Shown piece after piece: positions 30,111 through 39,573 of a stretch of 64,000 bases of DNA. The stretch is from Candidatus Latescibacterota bacterium. GTDB taxonomy: Bacteria; Latescibacterota; UBA2968; GCA-2709665. The position numbers were made by a program, and so were the translations under genes. The stretch spans positions 320,001 through 384,000 of the forward strand of contig CBDDDZ010000002.1 of NCBI GenBank assembly GCA_965226795.1, written 5' to 3'. Below the pieces are notes generated by a model. It worked only from the letters and a program-made list of their open reading frames with translations. It was not told where the DNA came from and searched no databases. Position 1 is the stretch's first letter. Each line of letters starts with the position of its first letter.

Positions 30111-31055
30111 TTATTTCAGGACCAGGCGCGAAGCGCCCATAACGCCGGCGTCGTTGCCCAGTTCGGCGGGCAGAACCCGGGTGTAGTCGAACATCCCTTC
30201 CAGGGTGTATTCCCGGGCCGCGGCGACGATGGGGTCCAGGAGAACGCGACCCGCCGCAGCGATACCGCCGCCGATGGCGATCACGTCGGGACTGACGACG
30301 TTGATAATATTGGCGATGGCGATCCCAAGATAGCGCGCGACGTAAGCGACGGTCTCACAGGCGAGGCCGTCGCCTTTTCTCGCTGCCCGGCAGATGGATT
30401 CCGGAGAGAGGGTGTCGGTGTGCGTGAGAGATGAGGACGGCGCTTCCGAAAGGCGGCGGCGAACGTAACGGACCATTGCGGGGCCTGCGGTCAGGGCTTC
30501 CAGGCATCCTTTCTTCCCGCATCCACAGACGGGCCCGTCAGGATCCATACACATATGCCCGATTTCACCTGCGGCGAAGGAAGCGCCGTGGTGAATGCCG
30601 CCGTCCAGGACCAACCCCCCGCCAATTCCCGTCCCCAGGGTGATAAGGAAGAGGGACTCGCAGCCCCTGCCCGCACCCAGGTGGGCTTCTCCCATGGCGG
30701 CGACGCTGGCGTCGTTGTCGATTTCAACGTTCAGCTTGATCCTTGCCTGAAGGATCTGTTTGAACGGGACGTGGTGCCAGCGCAGATTGGGAGCAATAAT
30801 CACCACGCCCTGGGCCGTCGTGACGCCCGGGACGCCGATGCCGATGCCCGCGATGTCGCTTGTCAGCAGGCCGTTCCGGTCGCGGAGGGATTCGAAGAGT
30901 TCCGCAATCCGGTCCGCCACGCCGTGTTCGCCGCTTTCGACGTCAGTAGGACAACGGTTCCTGGCTTCGATGCGACCGTCGGCGGAAACGAGCGCGCCCT
31001 TGATGCTGCCGCCGCCCAAATCGATGCCTATGGCGTATTGGGGTTGACCGGCCAT
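30111..31055 (-). CDS. ROK family sugar kinase (glucokinase-like)
   Basis: GIDLGG, DNDA, TLGTGIGGG, GEIGH, CGCGKKGCLE. Confidence 0.93.
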   Translation of the reverse strand: MAGQPQYAIGIDLGGGSIKGALVSADGRIEARNRCPTDVESGEHGVADRIAELFESLRDRNGLLTSDIAGIGIGVPGVTTAQGVVIIAPNLRWHHVPFKQILQARIKLNVEIDNDASVAAMGEAHLGAGRGCESLFLITLGTGIGGGLVLDGGIHHGASFAAGEIGHMCMDPDGPVCGCGKKGCLEALTAGPAMVRYVRRRLSEAPSSSLTHTDTLSPESICRAARKGDGLACETVAYVARYLGIAIANIINVVSPDVIAIGGGIAAAGRVLLDPIVAAAREYTLEGMFDYTRVLPAELGNDAGVMGASRLVLK

Positions 31056-31164
31056 TGCGGGCCCTTCCGGTTGACGCCCGTCGAAGATCGTCTCAACCCT
31101 GTCCGACCTGAAATAAGCGATTGCCGGAGCCCGTCAACGCTCTTGGCCGGATGGGGACCTTGGA

Positions 31165-31485
31165 TCAGGCGTTCTCGGCGATCCAATTCAGGTAGGGTAG
31201 GTGGCCCTTGTGGATGGGTAGGGCAATGATCTCAGGCACGTCGTAGCTGTGTAGTTCGTTCGCCCGGGCGATGAGGGCGTCGAGGCTGTTCTCTGACGTC
31301 TTGAGGATCATGAGAAACTCCGGTTCGTCTTCAATGGTGTCCTGCCAGCGGTAGATGGATCGGATCTGCCCGGTGATGTTGGCGCATGCGGCCAGGCGTT
31401 CTTCAACCAGGACGCGGCCGATTCCGGCGGCTTCGGCTTCGCTCGGGGCGGTAATGAACACGACGTAATTCCGGACTTCGCACAT
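31165..31485 (-). CDS. cutA: Divalent-cation tolerance protein CutA
   Basis: LVEERLAACANI, SIYRW, HSYDVPEII, YLNW. Confidence 0.95.
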   Translation of the reverse strand: MCEVRNYVVFITAPSEAEAAGIGRVLVEERLAACANITGQIRSIYRWQDTIEDEPEFLMILKTSENSLDALIARANELHSYDVPEIIALPIHKGHLPYLNWIAENA

Positions 31486-31721
31486 GGATTACCCTCCCGA
31501 AAGTGGAGACCCATATAATGAGGTCGTTGCGGCAAGGCGCAATGGCGGCGGCCAACCGTTGCGTGTCCGGGCCGCGTGTCGCTGGGTCAAAACCGGACTC
31601 TCGCTCCGGTGAAGATATATAGAGGGTAGGGAAAGTCAAGGTGAGAATGGGTCCGAATCGACGCCGGAGCTACCAGCTTTGGTGGCGAAGTCGGGAAAGA
31701 TCGTGAGGTAAATCGGGCGAC

Positions 31722-32822
31722 ATGGATTCGGAACGAGCTGACCGGCGAACCGGTCTTGATCCGCATTGGTTTGGGCAGGCAAGCGAGGTATTGGAGCGCC
31801 ACGTCCGGGCGAGGACCACGCCTGGCACGGTGGGTCTGTTGGTGCGGGGCGACGGTGGCGTCGCCCGCTGGGTGGCGGGGCGGCACACGTACGGGCCGGA
31901 TGCTCCGGAAGTCAGCGAGGATGACCTGTACGACCTCGCGTCGTTGACGAAAGTGGTTGTGACAACCTCGATCTGTATGGCGCTTGAAGCCGACCTGAGT
32001 CTGGATAACCGGTTGGGTGAATATGTTCCGGCGTTCCGGGGGGACGGGAGGGGCGGGGTGACGATCAGGCATCTTCTGGCCCACTGTGCGGGGTTGCCGG
32101 CGCACGAGCGATTTTTCGAAACCTGCCGGGGTAAGGCGGCGGTACTCGCGGCCGCGTGCAGGACGCCGCTTGCGTACCCACCGGGGACCAGGACGGTTTA
32201 TAGCGATTTAAGCTTTCTTCTGCTGGGGGCGGCCGTCGAGCGGGTGGGCGGAGCACCGCTCGAGGACCTGGCCCGGCGGTACGTTTTTGGTCCTCTGGGG
32301 ATGGCTCAGACGATGTTCCTGCCCGGGCGTGAGCTACTGGACCGTATTCCGCCGACGGAGTTTCAGGCTGAGCAACGCAGGGGGCTGATTCACGGGCAGG
32401 TGCACGATGGAAATGCCTGGGCGATGGGCGGCGTAGCGCCGCATGCGGGACTCTTCGGGACGGCGGGGGATCTGGGGCGGTTTTTGAGGGTGATCCTGGA
32501 CGGAGGTATACACGAGGGAACGCGGGTTTTTTCCGAAGATGCCATCCGCCGGTTTACAACGCGGGCGGGATTGGCGCCCGGCAGCACCCGCGCACTGGGG
32601 TGGGACACGGTATCGAAGGAGGGAAGTTCCGCGGGCCGGCGTTTTTCGGCCCGGTCGTTCGGACACACCGGATTCACGGGCACTTCCGTCTGGGCCGATC
32701 CCGAACGGGACGTCGGAGTGGTACTCCTGACAAACCGGGTGCATCCTACCCGCGAGAATCAGGGGATACGGAGGTTGCGGCCGGAGTTTCACGATGCGGT
32801 GATGGAAGCGGTAAAACAGTGA
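31722..32822 (+). CDS. Serine hydrolase, beta-lactamase/AmiE-like family
   Basis: YDLASLTK (SxxK), YSD, VHDGNA, HAGLF, GHTGFTG, LLTNRVHP. Confidence 0.92.
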   Translation: MDSERADRRTGLDPHWFGQASEVLERHVRARTTPGTVGLLVRGDGGVARWVAGRHTYGPDAPEVSEDDLYDLASLTKVVVTTSICMALEADLSLDNRLGEYVPAFRGDGRGGVTIRHLLAHCAGLPAHERFFETCRGKAAVLAAACRTPLAYPPGTRTVYSDLSFLLLGAAVERVGGAPLEDLARRYVFGPLGMAQTMFLPGRELLDRIPPTEFQAEQRRGLIHGQVHDGNAWAMGGVAPHAGLFGTAGDLGRFLRVILDGGIHEGTRVFSEDAIRRFTTRAGLAPGSTRALGWDTVSKEGSSAGRRFSARSFGHTGFTGTSVWADPERDVGVVLLTNRVHPTRENQGIRRLRPEFHDAVMEAVKQ

Positions 32823-32866
32823 CCGCGGGCGGTTTATCCGGCGAACCCGAGCTCCGAGATGACCGT

Positions 32867-34420
32867 TTAAGTCAGCACCTGCTTCAGGTATTCCAGGTCC
32901 AGTTCGGGATACACCGGATACCGTCTGAGCAGGTCTGCCACCTCCGCTCGCGCTTCCTCAAGCGCCTCCGGCCGAGCCCGGGAGCGCGCCTTGCTGGGCT
33001 TCCCGGCGTGCCTGCCTTTTTTGATCCGGACGGGCCTCGTGTTGAAGAGTACAAGGCGTAGGGCGGCGGCGATTCTCCGCATTTCTTCCACACCCATGCC
33101 CAGCGTCGAGAGGGCGGGTGTGCCGAGCCGAAGGCCACTGGTATACCACGCGCCGTTCGTATCGAAGGGCAGGGCGTTTCGGTTGAGGGTGATCCGGGCG
33201 TTTCGTGCAACGGATTCCGCCTGCCTGCCGGTGAGACCCAGTGGCGTCACGTCGATGAGCAGCATGTGGTTGTCGGTGCCGCCGGTGAGTACGTTGAGCC
33301 CCTCATCGACGCAGGCTTCGGAAAGGGCCGCGGCGTTTTGAACAATACGTCGTGTGTAGGTTCTGAATTCGCCAGCGCCGGCCTCCTGAAAGGCGACGGC
33401 TTTGGCCGCTATGGCGTGGGGCAGAGGACCGCCCAGCACCATCGGGCACCCACGGTCCACGTGTTCCGCATATTCCGCCTTGCAAAGAATCATGCCACCT
33501 CGCGGCCCCCTGAGGGTCTTGTGGGTTGTGGTGGTCACAACGTCGGCGTGCGCCACGGGATCGTCGTCGCCGGTGAAGACCTTGCCTGCCACGAGACCGG
33601 CAAAGTGCGCCATGTCTACCATGAAGACCGCGCCGATTTCATTCGCTATTTCCCTGAAGATGCGAAAATTGATTTTACGGGTGTAGGCGCTGTACCCGGC
33701 CAGTAGAATCAGGGGTTTGAACGCCTTCGCCTGGCTGCGGACCCGGTCGTAGTCGATAAGTTTGGTTTCGGGGTCGACACCGTAGGTTTCGACTTGGAAC
33801 ATTTTGCCGGAGACGTTGTGCCGGTATCCGTGCGTGAGATGGCCGCCGGAGTAGTAATCAAGCCCTAGCAATTTCTGGTTGCCCAGCGCGGTTCTGAGTT
33901 CCCGCCAGTCGGCGTCGGAAAGCGCCGCGAGATCGGTCTGTCCCGTCTGTTCCATAAACGGCGCCTGAATGCGGGCGGAAAGGATGGCCCAGAAGGCGAC
34001 AAGGTTGGCGTCGGCGCCGGAATGGGGCTGTACGTACGCGTGGTCCGCCCCGAAGAGGCCGCGGGCGAGGGAAGCGGCATGTTTTTCAATGATGTCGACG
34101 TTGTCACAGCCGGCGTAGAAGCGGCGGTCCGGCACGCCTTCGGCATACTTGTCGGTGAAGAGATTGCCCTGTGCGAGCTGTACGGCCAGCGAGCAGTAGT
34201 TCTCGCTGGCGATCATCTTCAGGTTGCCGCGCTGGTCCTCCAGTTCGGAAACGATGGATGCGGCGACTCGCGGCGAGATTGCGTGAATCTGTTCGAGTGA
34301 TGCGAGGTAGGCGACAAAACCGGGATCTGCGGGATTGCCGGCGGCGGCGGATTCGGAGAGATACCTGGCAAGCGGGGATGTCGAGCGCTCTGCATCGGCA
34401 GGTGGTGTTGCCTGAACCAT
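32867..34420 (-). CDS. glyA: Serine hydroxymethyltransferase, long chlamydial/spirochaetal type
   Basis: [49 protein letters not shown] after GGGAG. Confidence 0.96.
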   Translation of the reverse strand: MVQATPPADAERSTSPLARYLSESAAAGNPADPGFVAYLASLEQIHAISPRVAASIVSELEDQRGNLKMIASENYCSLAVQLAQGNLFTDKYAEGVPDRRFYAGCDNVDIIEKHAASLARGLFGADHAYVQPHSGADANLVAFWAILSARIQAPFMEQTGQTDLAALSDADWRELRTALGNQKLLGLDYYSGGHLTHGYRHNVSGKMFQVETYGVDPETKLIDYDRVRSQAKAFKPLILLAGYSAYTRKINFRIFREIANEIGAVFMVDMAHFAGLVAGKVFTGDDDPVAHADVVTTTTHKTLRGPRGGMILCKAEYAEHVDRGCPMVLGGPLPHAIAAKAVAFQEAGAGEFRTYTRRIVQNAAALSEACVDEGLNVLTGGTDNHMLLIDVTPLGLTGRQAESVARNARITLNRNALPFDTNGAWYTSGLRLGTPALSTLGMGVEEMRRIAAALRLVLFNTRPVRIKKGRHAGKPSKARSRARPEALEEARAEVADLLRRYPVYPELDLEYLKQVLT

Positions 34421-34530
34421 TCTGTTGCTCCCAGATACAGTGGATATGACGGGGTCAGTTGGATTGGCGAGAATCAATCCCTGGAGACCTGAACTCCGCT
34501 CCCGGGTGCGGGCGTGGAGTCAGGACACAC

Positions 34531-34567
34531 AAAAACCCGGGCCGGATAATGATGCAGCGAGCCCGGG
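34531..34567 (-). terminator. Terminator-like hairpin within the glyA leader
   Basis: CCCGGGC...GCCCGGG followed by TTTTT, 110 nt upstream of the glyA start. Confidence 0.55.
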
Positions 34568-34663
34568 CGATTGACCGTCTGTCGGATTCTGCGTTCACAG
34601 GTGAACCATGGGTAGCGGTACCGCGTTGTGCCTTCCTGAAAAAACACGAACACGGCGAACACA

Positions 34664-34692
34664 AATATATCGGAGTTCCGCAGTACGGTCAA
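34664..34692 (-). promoter_or_regulatory. Sigma70 promoter of glyA
   Basis: TTGACC-17 nt-TATATT. Confidence 0.65.
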
Positions 34693-34822
34693 TATCTTTT
34701 TGGCAGAATTTCGGGCCGGTGTCCGGTACCCGCATGTCATCGCGACGGCAACGATTCCGCGAGCCGGCGGCGACCAACAAATCCAAAGCGGCCACCGCTG
34801 AATCCGCTCCGGGATTTTCCAC

Positions 34823-34851
34823 TTGCCAACGTCGTGTGACCGGACTATATT
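34823..34851 (+). promoter_or_regulatory. Sigma70 promoter of pyrB
   Basis: TTGCCA-17 nt-TATATT. Confidence 0.7.
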
Positions 34852-34861
34852 TGCATTTTAA

Positions 34862-34936
34862 ATGGGAATCTCTTCTTTACGAAATCGACTTTTCCGATTT
34901 TCCGGCTCCCCGGTTGATGTAATTCCGCTCCCCTGA
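34862..34936 (+). CDS. Putative pyrB leader peptide, 24 aa (MGISSLRNRLFRFSGSPVDVIPLP)
   Basis: ATG 10 nt after the -10 box; pyrimidine-rich; stop codon lies in the attenuator loop. Confidence 0.55.
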   Translation: MGISSLRNRLFRFSGSPVDVIPLP

Positions 34937-34950
34937 AGGGGAGCTTTTTT
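34927..34950 (+). terminator. pyrB attenuator terminator
   Basis: GCTCCCC-TGAA-GGGGAGC-TTTTTT, 20 nt before the pyrB ATG. Confidence 0.85.
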
Positions 34951-34970
34951 GTTGTGATGGAGGATACTCG

Positions 34971-35897
34971 ATGGACAGCCTGTTCCACGTGGTCGAGGCG
35001 CAGCAGTTCAATCGTGAACTGCTAACGGAGATTTTCGCGGTCACCAAGGAGATGGAGGAGGTTGTTAGCCTCTACGGGTCCAGTATACTTAACCGTAGGA
35101 TCATGGCCACGCTGTTTTACGAACCCAGCACCCGGACCCGGCTTTCATTCGAGTCGGCCATGATCCGTCTGGGGGGAAGCGTGGTTACGACGGAGTCGGC
35201 GCGGGAGTTTTCCTCGGCTGCGAAAGGCGAGACGCTTGAGGACACCATCCGAATTGTGGATGGATACGCGGACGTGATTGTGCTTCGGCACTACGAGGGA
35301 GGATCCGCGCGGCGGGCGGCGGAAGTGGCGTCGGTTCCGGTTTTGAACGCCGGCGACGGACCCGGTCAGCATCCTACGCAGGCGCTGCTGGACGTCTATA
35401 CGATTCAGAAGGAAATCGGCAGGCTGGACGGTATTTCGGTGGCTATGGTGGGCGACCTCGCCAATGGCCGCACGGTGCGTTCGCTGGCCTATCTGCTCGC
35501 CCGGTTCGAAGACGTAAAGCTGTATTTCGTGGCGCCCGAGATGGTGCGCATGAAGGCTGACATCAAGGAATACCTGCTCCGGAACGGGGTGTACTTCGAG
35601 GAGCGGGACGACCTGATTGGGGTTGTGCGGCAGGTTGACGTGGTCTATCAGACACGGATCCAGAGGGAAAGGTTCGGCGATCGCACGCGGGACTACGAAG
35701 CAGCGCGGGGGAGATACATCATCGATACGAAGGTGATGGAAGCCCTGTCCGACAACGGCCGCGTGATGCACCCGCTGCCCCGCGTGGACGAGATCGATCC
35801 CGCAGTGGACACGGACCCCCGGGCGGCGTATTTCCGGCAGGCGCACAATGGGCTCTACATTCGGATGGCGTTGCTGAAGATGGTGTTGGCCGCGTGA
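34971..35897 (+). CDS. pyrB: Aspartate carbamoyltransferase catalytic chain, plant-like
   Basis: FYEPSTRTRLSF, KGETLEDT, NAGDG..HPTQ, RIQRER, MHPLPR; GGAGG RBS. Confidence 0.97.
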   Translation: MDSLFHVVEAQQFNRELLTEIFAVTKEMEEVVSLYGSSILNRRIMATLFYEPSTRTRLSFESAMIRLGGSVVTTESAREFSSAAKGETLEDTIRIVDGYADVIVLRHYEGGSARRAAEVASVPVLNAGDGPGQHPTQALLDVYTIQKEIGRLDGISVAMVGDLANGRTVRSLAYLLARFEDVKLYFVAPEMVRMKADIKEYLLRNGVYFEERDDLIGVVRQVDVVYQTRIQRERFGDRTRDYEAARGRYIIDTKVMEALSDNGRVMHPLPRVDEIDPAVDTDPRAAYFRQAHNGLYIRMALLKMVLAA

Positions 35898-35952
35898 TCG
35901 TTTGGGGTTGCCGTCGCATTCTTTCGCGGCAAAAAAAGGACTGGTGGCGTGC

Positions 35953-36108
35953 ATGGCTCAAGGGACTCCGATTCTGTGCCGGGTATGCGGTAAAAAACTC
36001 GGCGTCGTCAGAGGATTCGAAGGCCGCGTGTTTACCCTCTGCCGCACGTGCGAAAAGAGCAAGAACAAGAGTAATAAGAAGAAGGGCGCCAATCAAGACC
36101 CGGGCTGA
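35953..36108 (+). CDS. Small basic zinc-ribbon protein, 51 aa
   Basis: CRVC-x17-CRTC followed by a Lys-rich tail; GGTGG 5 nt upstream of the ATG. Confidence 0.55.
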   Translation: MAQGTPILCRVCGKKLGVVRGFEGRVFTLCRTCEKSKNKSNKKKGANQDPG

Positions 36109-36138
36109 GCCTGAGTATTGCGGTTTTCCAACGGCCCG

Positions 36139-36434
36139 TCAATTCGATTCGTCGCGCAGGAGTCGTCGAAGGACCTTGCCCGTGGCCGTTATGGGCAATT
36201 CGTCCCGGAATTCCACCGATGGGGGTACTTTATAGCCGGCCAGGCGTTCACCGCAGAAGGCCAAGATGTCGGCTTCGGAGACCCTGTTTTTTCGTTTCCC
36301 TTTTGTTACCACGCAGGCTTTAACGATTTCGCCGCGGTAGTCGTCCGCTTGTCCGTATACCACGGCCTGCCGTACGGACGGGTGGGCGTACAGGACTTCC
36401 TCATCCGCACGGTCTGCTCACGCATAGGGTAAAC
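36139..36434 (-). pseudogene. Acyl-CoA ligase (AMP-binding C-terminal domain) remnant
   Basis: VYP../EEVLYAHPSV..GEIVKACVV..LAGYKVP..LPITATGKVLRR; the rest of the gene is absent. Confidence 0.85.
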
Positions 36435-36435
36435 C

Positions 36436-36850
36436 AGCGGACAGCGGTCAGCAATCAGCCGAAAACCACCGAGTCGGAAGACGCCAGGCGCAAGAGGTCC
36501 ACGCCGCAAGCCGGCCCTTCGAAGCACTGGCACGGAATTCTCACACAAAGACATGAAGGGGAAAGACCGTCAGGAGCAATCAGCAGCCAGCCGAAAGCGG
36601 TTAGCAGTCCAGCTTAGCGATTTCGATTTGCTCGCGGGTACTCGCGTATTGGCTTTCGCCCGCGTGGTGGTGTGGAAGGCGGGCAACTATAAGGGTTGCC
36701 CATGCAGAATTAACGACGGCGCCACGAGGGCTGGAAGCCCTCGTTCCCAGGTGTAGCAATACGCAGCGGTCAGCGTACAGCAAGAACCAATCAATTGACA
36801 TCAGCGCAGGGATAGAATTTGTAGGGGCGGTTCGCGGACCGCCCTACGGT
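36436..36850. repeat. Cluster of heptamer (TCAGC-type) repeats and REP palindromes
   Basis: CAGCGGA-CAGCGGT-CAGCAAT-CAGCC; CGAGGGCT-GGA-AGCCCTCG; GTAGGGGCGGTTCGCGGACCGCCCTAC at 36821-36847. Confidence 0.7.
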
Positions 36851-37336
36851 GTGGTGGAGAGGACTGCGGACAGTCGTGTTCGCTCCCGCACGCACGGTGG
36901 TGGGGGAGGGACTTTTCCGCGCTATTCCGTTTTTCGCCGTTGCCTGGAGCGTGCCTACGCGTTCGCAGGTCAGTAGTGTACGTAAACGTCACAGGCGTAA
37001 TTCGCGGAAGAACCGGCCCCGTGCCGAACGGCGGCGTTCTTCAAGAGGCGGCAAGACGTAATACGGTAGAAGTGAGAGGACCACAACGCACTCCACTGGT
37101 CTCGCGCTCCCCTTCGCAATCCCCTTCTCGTTTCAAACAGCGAGAGTCCATTTGCGGACGTCTCAAGCGGAAGAGTTACCAACGCCTCTTACGTCTTCCC
37201 TCTCACGGCTTCATGGCGAGAAAGAAAAAGGGCATAAATAAATAAAAAACAATATGATGGAGGAACAATGACGAAATCATCCCGGAGCACGACCCATCAA
37301 TCGCCTTTCTTCAGATTCGTCGCTCGGCGCAAATTC

Positions 37337-39109
37337 CTACCTGAAAGGCGCGATTTCCGGCATCGTCAACACGCCGCGCGCGGGGAGGAGACCGAGACGG
37401 CGCGCGAGCGTGACGACCGGTTGTAGTGTACGCATCGTTTGCAAGAGTGCCGAAGCGACGGCGGATTCACTGCTGCGGACGATACCGTGTTCCAGGAGAT
37501 ATTCCCACGGGGATTTCGCCCTGGGAAAGACCTGGAGCCGGAGTTCGGCATCGGGTGACAGCTGCGCCGCTTCGCGAATGAGTTTTAACGCCGTTTGGTA
37601 GCCACCCAGTTCATCCACCAGTCCCAACTCCCTGGCGTCCTCTCCGGTCCAGATGCGCCCCCGGGCGATGTCAAGCACACGTTCTTTCGGTAACGAACGC
37701 CCCTCGGCAACCTTGTCGGTAAAATCCTCGTACACCATATCCAGCCAGGCCTGAAACTCTGTCCATTCTTCCTCTGAGAAGTCTCTGGTGCCGGTCCACA
37801 TGGTGGAATGGGCGCTGGTGTGGACCTCATCCCACGAGATTCCGGTTTTCTCCCACATCCCGGAAGTCAGCATTTTGCCCGCCACTACGCCGATGGAGCC
37901 GGTTATCGTTCCCGGCTGCGCCACGATCCGGTCCGCGGCCATGGCGACGAAGTATCCGCCGGAGCCCGCCACGTCGCCCATGGATACCACCACCGGTTTG
38001 CCCGCTTCCCTGGCCCGAGCGGTTTCGCGCCAGATGACGTCTGAGGCGACGTACGAGCCGCCCGGGCTGTCGACGCGGAAGAGGATCGCTTTGACATCGT
38101 CGTTGCGAACCGCATTCCGAAATGCCCTGGCGATCGTATCCGATCCCATCGTGGTCGCGCCAGAGGCGGGGTCGAAATCGCTCTTGCCGCGCGTCACGTC
38201 GCCGACGCCGTAGATCAGGGCGATGGTTTCCCCCTGTTCGTCGTGCTCTTCGATCCGTTTCAGGTATTTGCGCAGCGTCAGATACGTCACCCCCGCGTCC
38301 ACCTGTTCCTTTATGCGCTCGTACACTTCGTCTCGATACGCCAGGCCGTCGACCAGCCCCACCTCCAGCGCTTCCTTCGAGAGGAACGGTCCCTGGTCGA
38401 ACAGGTTGCGGACCCCGTCGGGTGAAAGGCCGCGCTTCTCAGCGATTCCCCGGACCAGTTGATCGAATTGCGATTCCATTACCGTCTGCGTCGCTTCCTT
38501 GTGAGCGGGTGTATACTGGCGTTCGGTGTAGAAATTCTTCGCGTTCTTGTACTCCTGGCGATGATCCCAGCGAGGGACAATACCCAGTTTTTCCAGGGTT
38601 CCTCGAATGAATGGCGTCTCGGCGATCAGACCTGTCAGACCCACGACCCCGGAAGGCTGGAGATAGATGTCGTCGAACGCCGTCGCGAGATAGTAAGAAC
38701 CGTTGCCCGGGCCGAATTCGCCGAATGTCTCTGCGTAGGCGACCGCAGGTTTTCCGCTTTTGCTGAAGACCTGCACCGCGTCTCGCAATTCCTGCAGCCG
38801 GGCGAGACCCATACCGCTGTTGCCCACCCTTGCAAGGAGCGCCACGATGCGCTCGTCTGACGCGGCCCGGTGGAGTGCTTCAACCAGGTCCCGAACTGTG
38901 ATCGCATCGGGAAACAGGACGTCAGCAATCGGATTGCCCGGTATGTACTCGGGAAGATCCCGTTCAAGGTTTACTTCCAGGACCGTGAGTCGCGGTACCT
39001 CCTCTTCACCTTTGTACACTAACGCGATGGCGACTGCCGCAAGTACGATGACGATCAGGGTGGCTACGCCGCCAATAATGGCAAAGACCTTCAATACGAT
39101 GCGCTTCAT
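37337..39109 (-). CDS. sppA: Signal peptide peptidase SppA, 67 kDa type
   Basis: N-terminal TM anchor; YYLA, EYKNA, RVDSPGGS, VAGSGGY, ITGSIGV, GRIWTG. Confidence 0.94.
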   Translation of the reverse strand: MKRIVLKVFAIIGGVATLIVIVLAAVAIALVYKGEEEVPRLTVLEVNLERDLPEYIPGNPIADVLFPDAITVRDLVEALHRAASDERIVALLARVGNSGMGLARLQELRDAVQVFSKSGKPAVAYAETFGEFGPGNGSYYLATAFDDIYLQPSGVVGLTGLIAETPFIRGTLEKLGIVPRWDHRQEYKNAKNFYTERQYTPAHKEATQTVMESQFDQLVRGIAEKRGLSPDGVRNLFDQGPFLSKEALEVGLVDGLAYRDEVYERIKEQVDAGVTYLTLRKYLKRIEEHDEQGETIALIYGVGDVTRGKSDFDPASGATTMGSDTIARAFRNAVRNDDVKAILFRVDSPGGSYVASDVIWRETARAREAGKPVVVSMGDVAGSGGYFVAMAADRIVAQPGTITGSIGVVAGKMLTSGMWEKTGISWDEVHTSAHSTMWTGTRDFSEEEWTEFQAWLDMVYEDFTDKVAEGRSLPKERVLDIARGRIWTGEDARELGLVDELGGYQTALKLIREAAQLSPDAELRLQVFPRAKSPWEYLLEHGIVRSSESAVASALLQTMRTLQPVVTLARRLGLLPARGVLTMPEIAPFR

Positions 39110-39295
39110 TGCAGACCTCCATCGGAAAGACGATGATGGAAACTACGCGATGGGGTACAGACGCTTCCGTGTCGTTCGCCTGGATCTCAAGGTGTGTGGA
39201 GTTAGCAATTCTGTTCGAAAAGGAGGATTTCGGAAGATACAGGAAAGTCAGAAGGAACCGCCCGTGAAGCCCTGCGGGTAGTCTAGACCTGGGGC

Positions 39296-39556
39296 TCAGG
39301 CGCCACCAGAACCTTCAATTTCCCAGCCGGGAAAGACGAGGACCGCCGGATGGCACATGAGTGCTCTCGCCAGCACTTTGGCGCGCTCGACGCCAATCCT
39401 TATGCGGCCGTTCTCAATGGCCGATATTGTAGGCTGGGGAATGCCGGTGCGCCTGGCGAGTTCATTCTGGCTGAGCTTCTGTAGCTCGCGGATCGTACGG
39501 ACGGACTCGCCGACGGATACCGCCACATGCTTCGGCGCCTTGCGCTGAATTCCCAT
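39296..39556 (-). CDS. XRE-HTH antitoxin (HigA-like)
   Basis: IRELQKLSQNELARRTGIPQPTISAIENG; lies downstream of a RelE-like gene. Confidence 0.88.
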   Translation of the reverse strand: MGIQRKAPKHVAVSVGESVRTIRELQKLSQNELARRTGIPQPTISAIENGRIRIGVERAKVLARALMCHPAVLVFPGWEIEGSGGA

Positions 39557-39573
39557 CTCGCTGTCTCCCGCGA

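Noticed and set aside
34611..34625. GGTAGCGGTACCGCG as a T-box
   Set aside because: Imperfect, palindromic, upstream of the pyrB promoter and on the wrong strand for glyA; no stem I
34561..34660. Canonical ZMP/ZTP or glycine riboswitch
   Set aside because: Lacks the GACTGGCG pseudoknot partner and the glycine aptamer motifs; kept only as a non-canonical candidate
37213..37345. Tiny plus-strand ORFs (MARKKKGINK; MTKSSRST.. with GGAGG)
   Set aside because: No recognisable motif; the second runs into the convergent sppA end; cannot be supported
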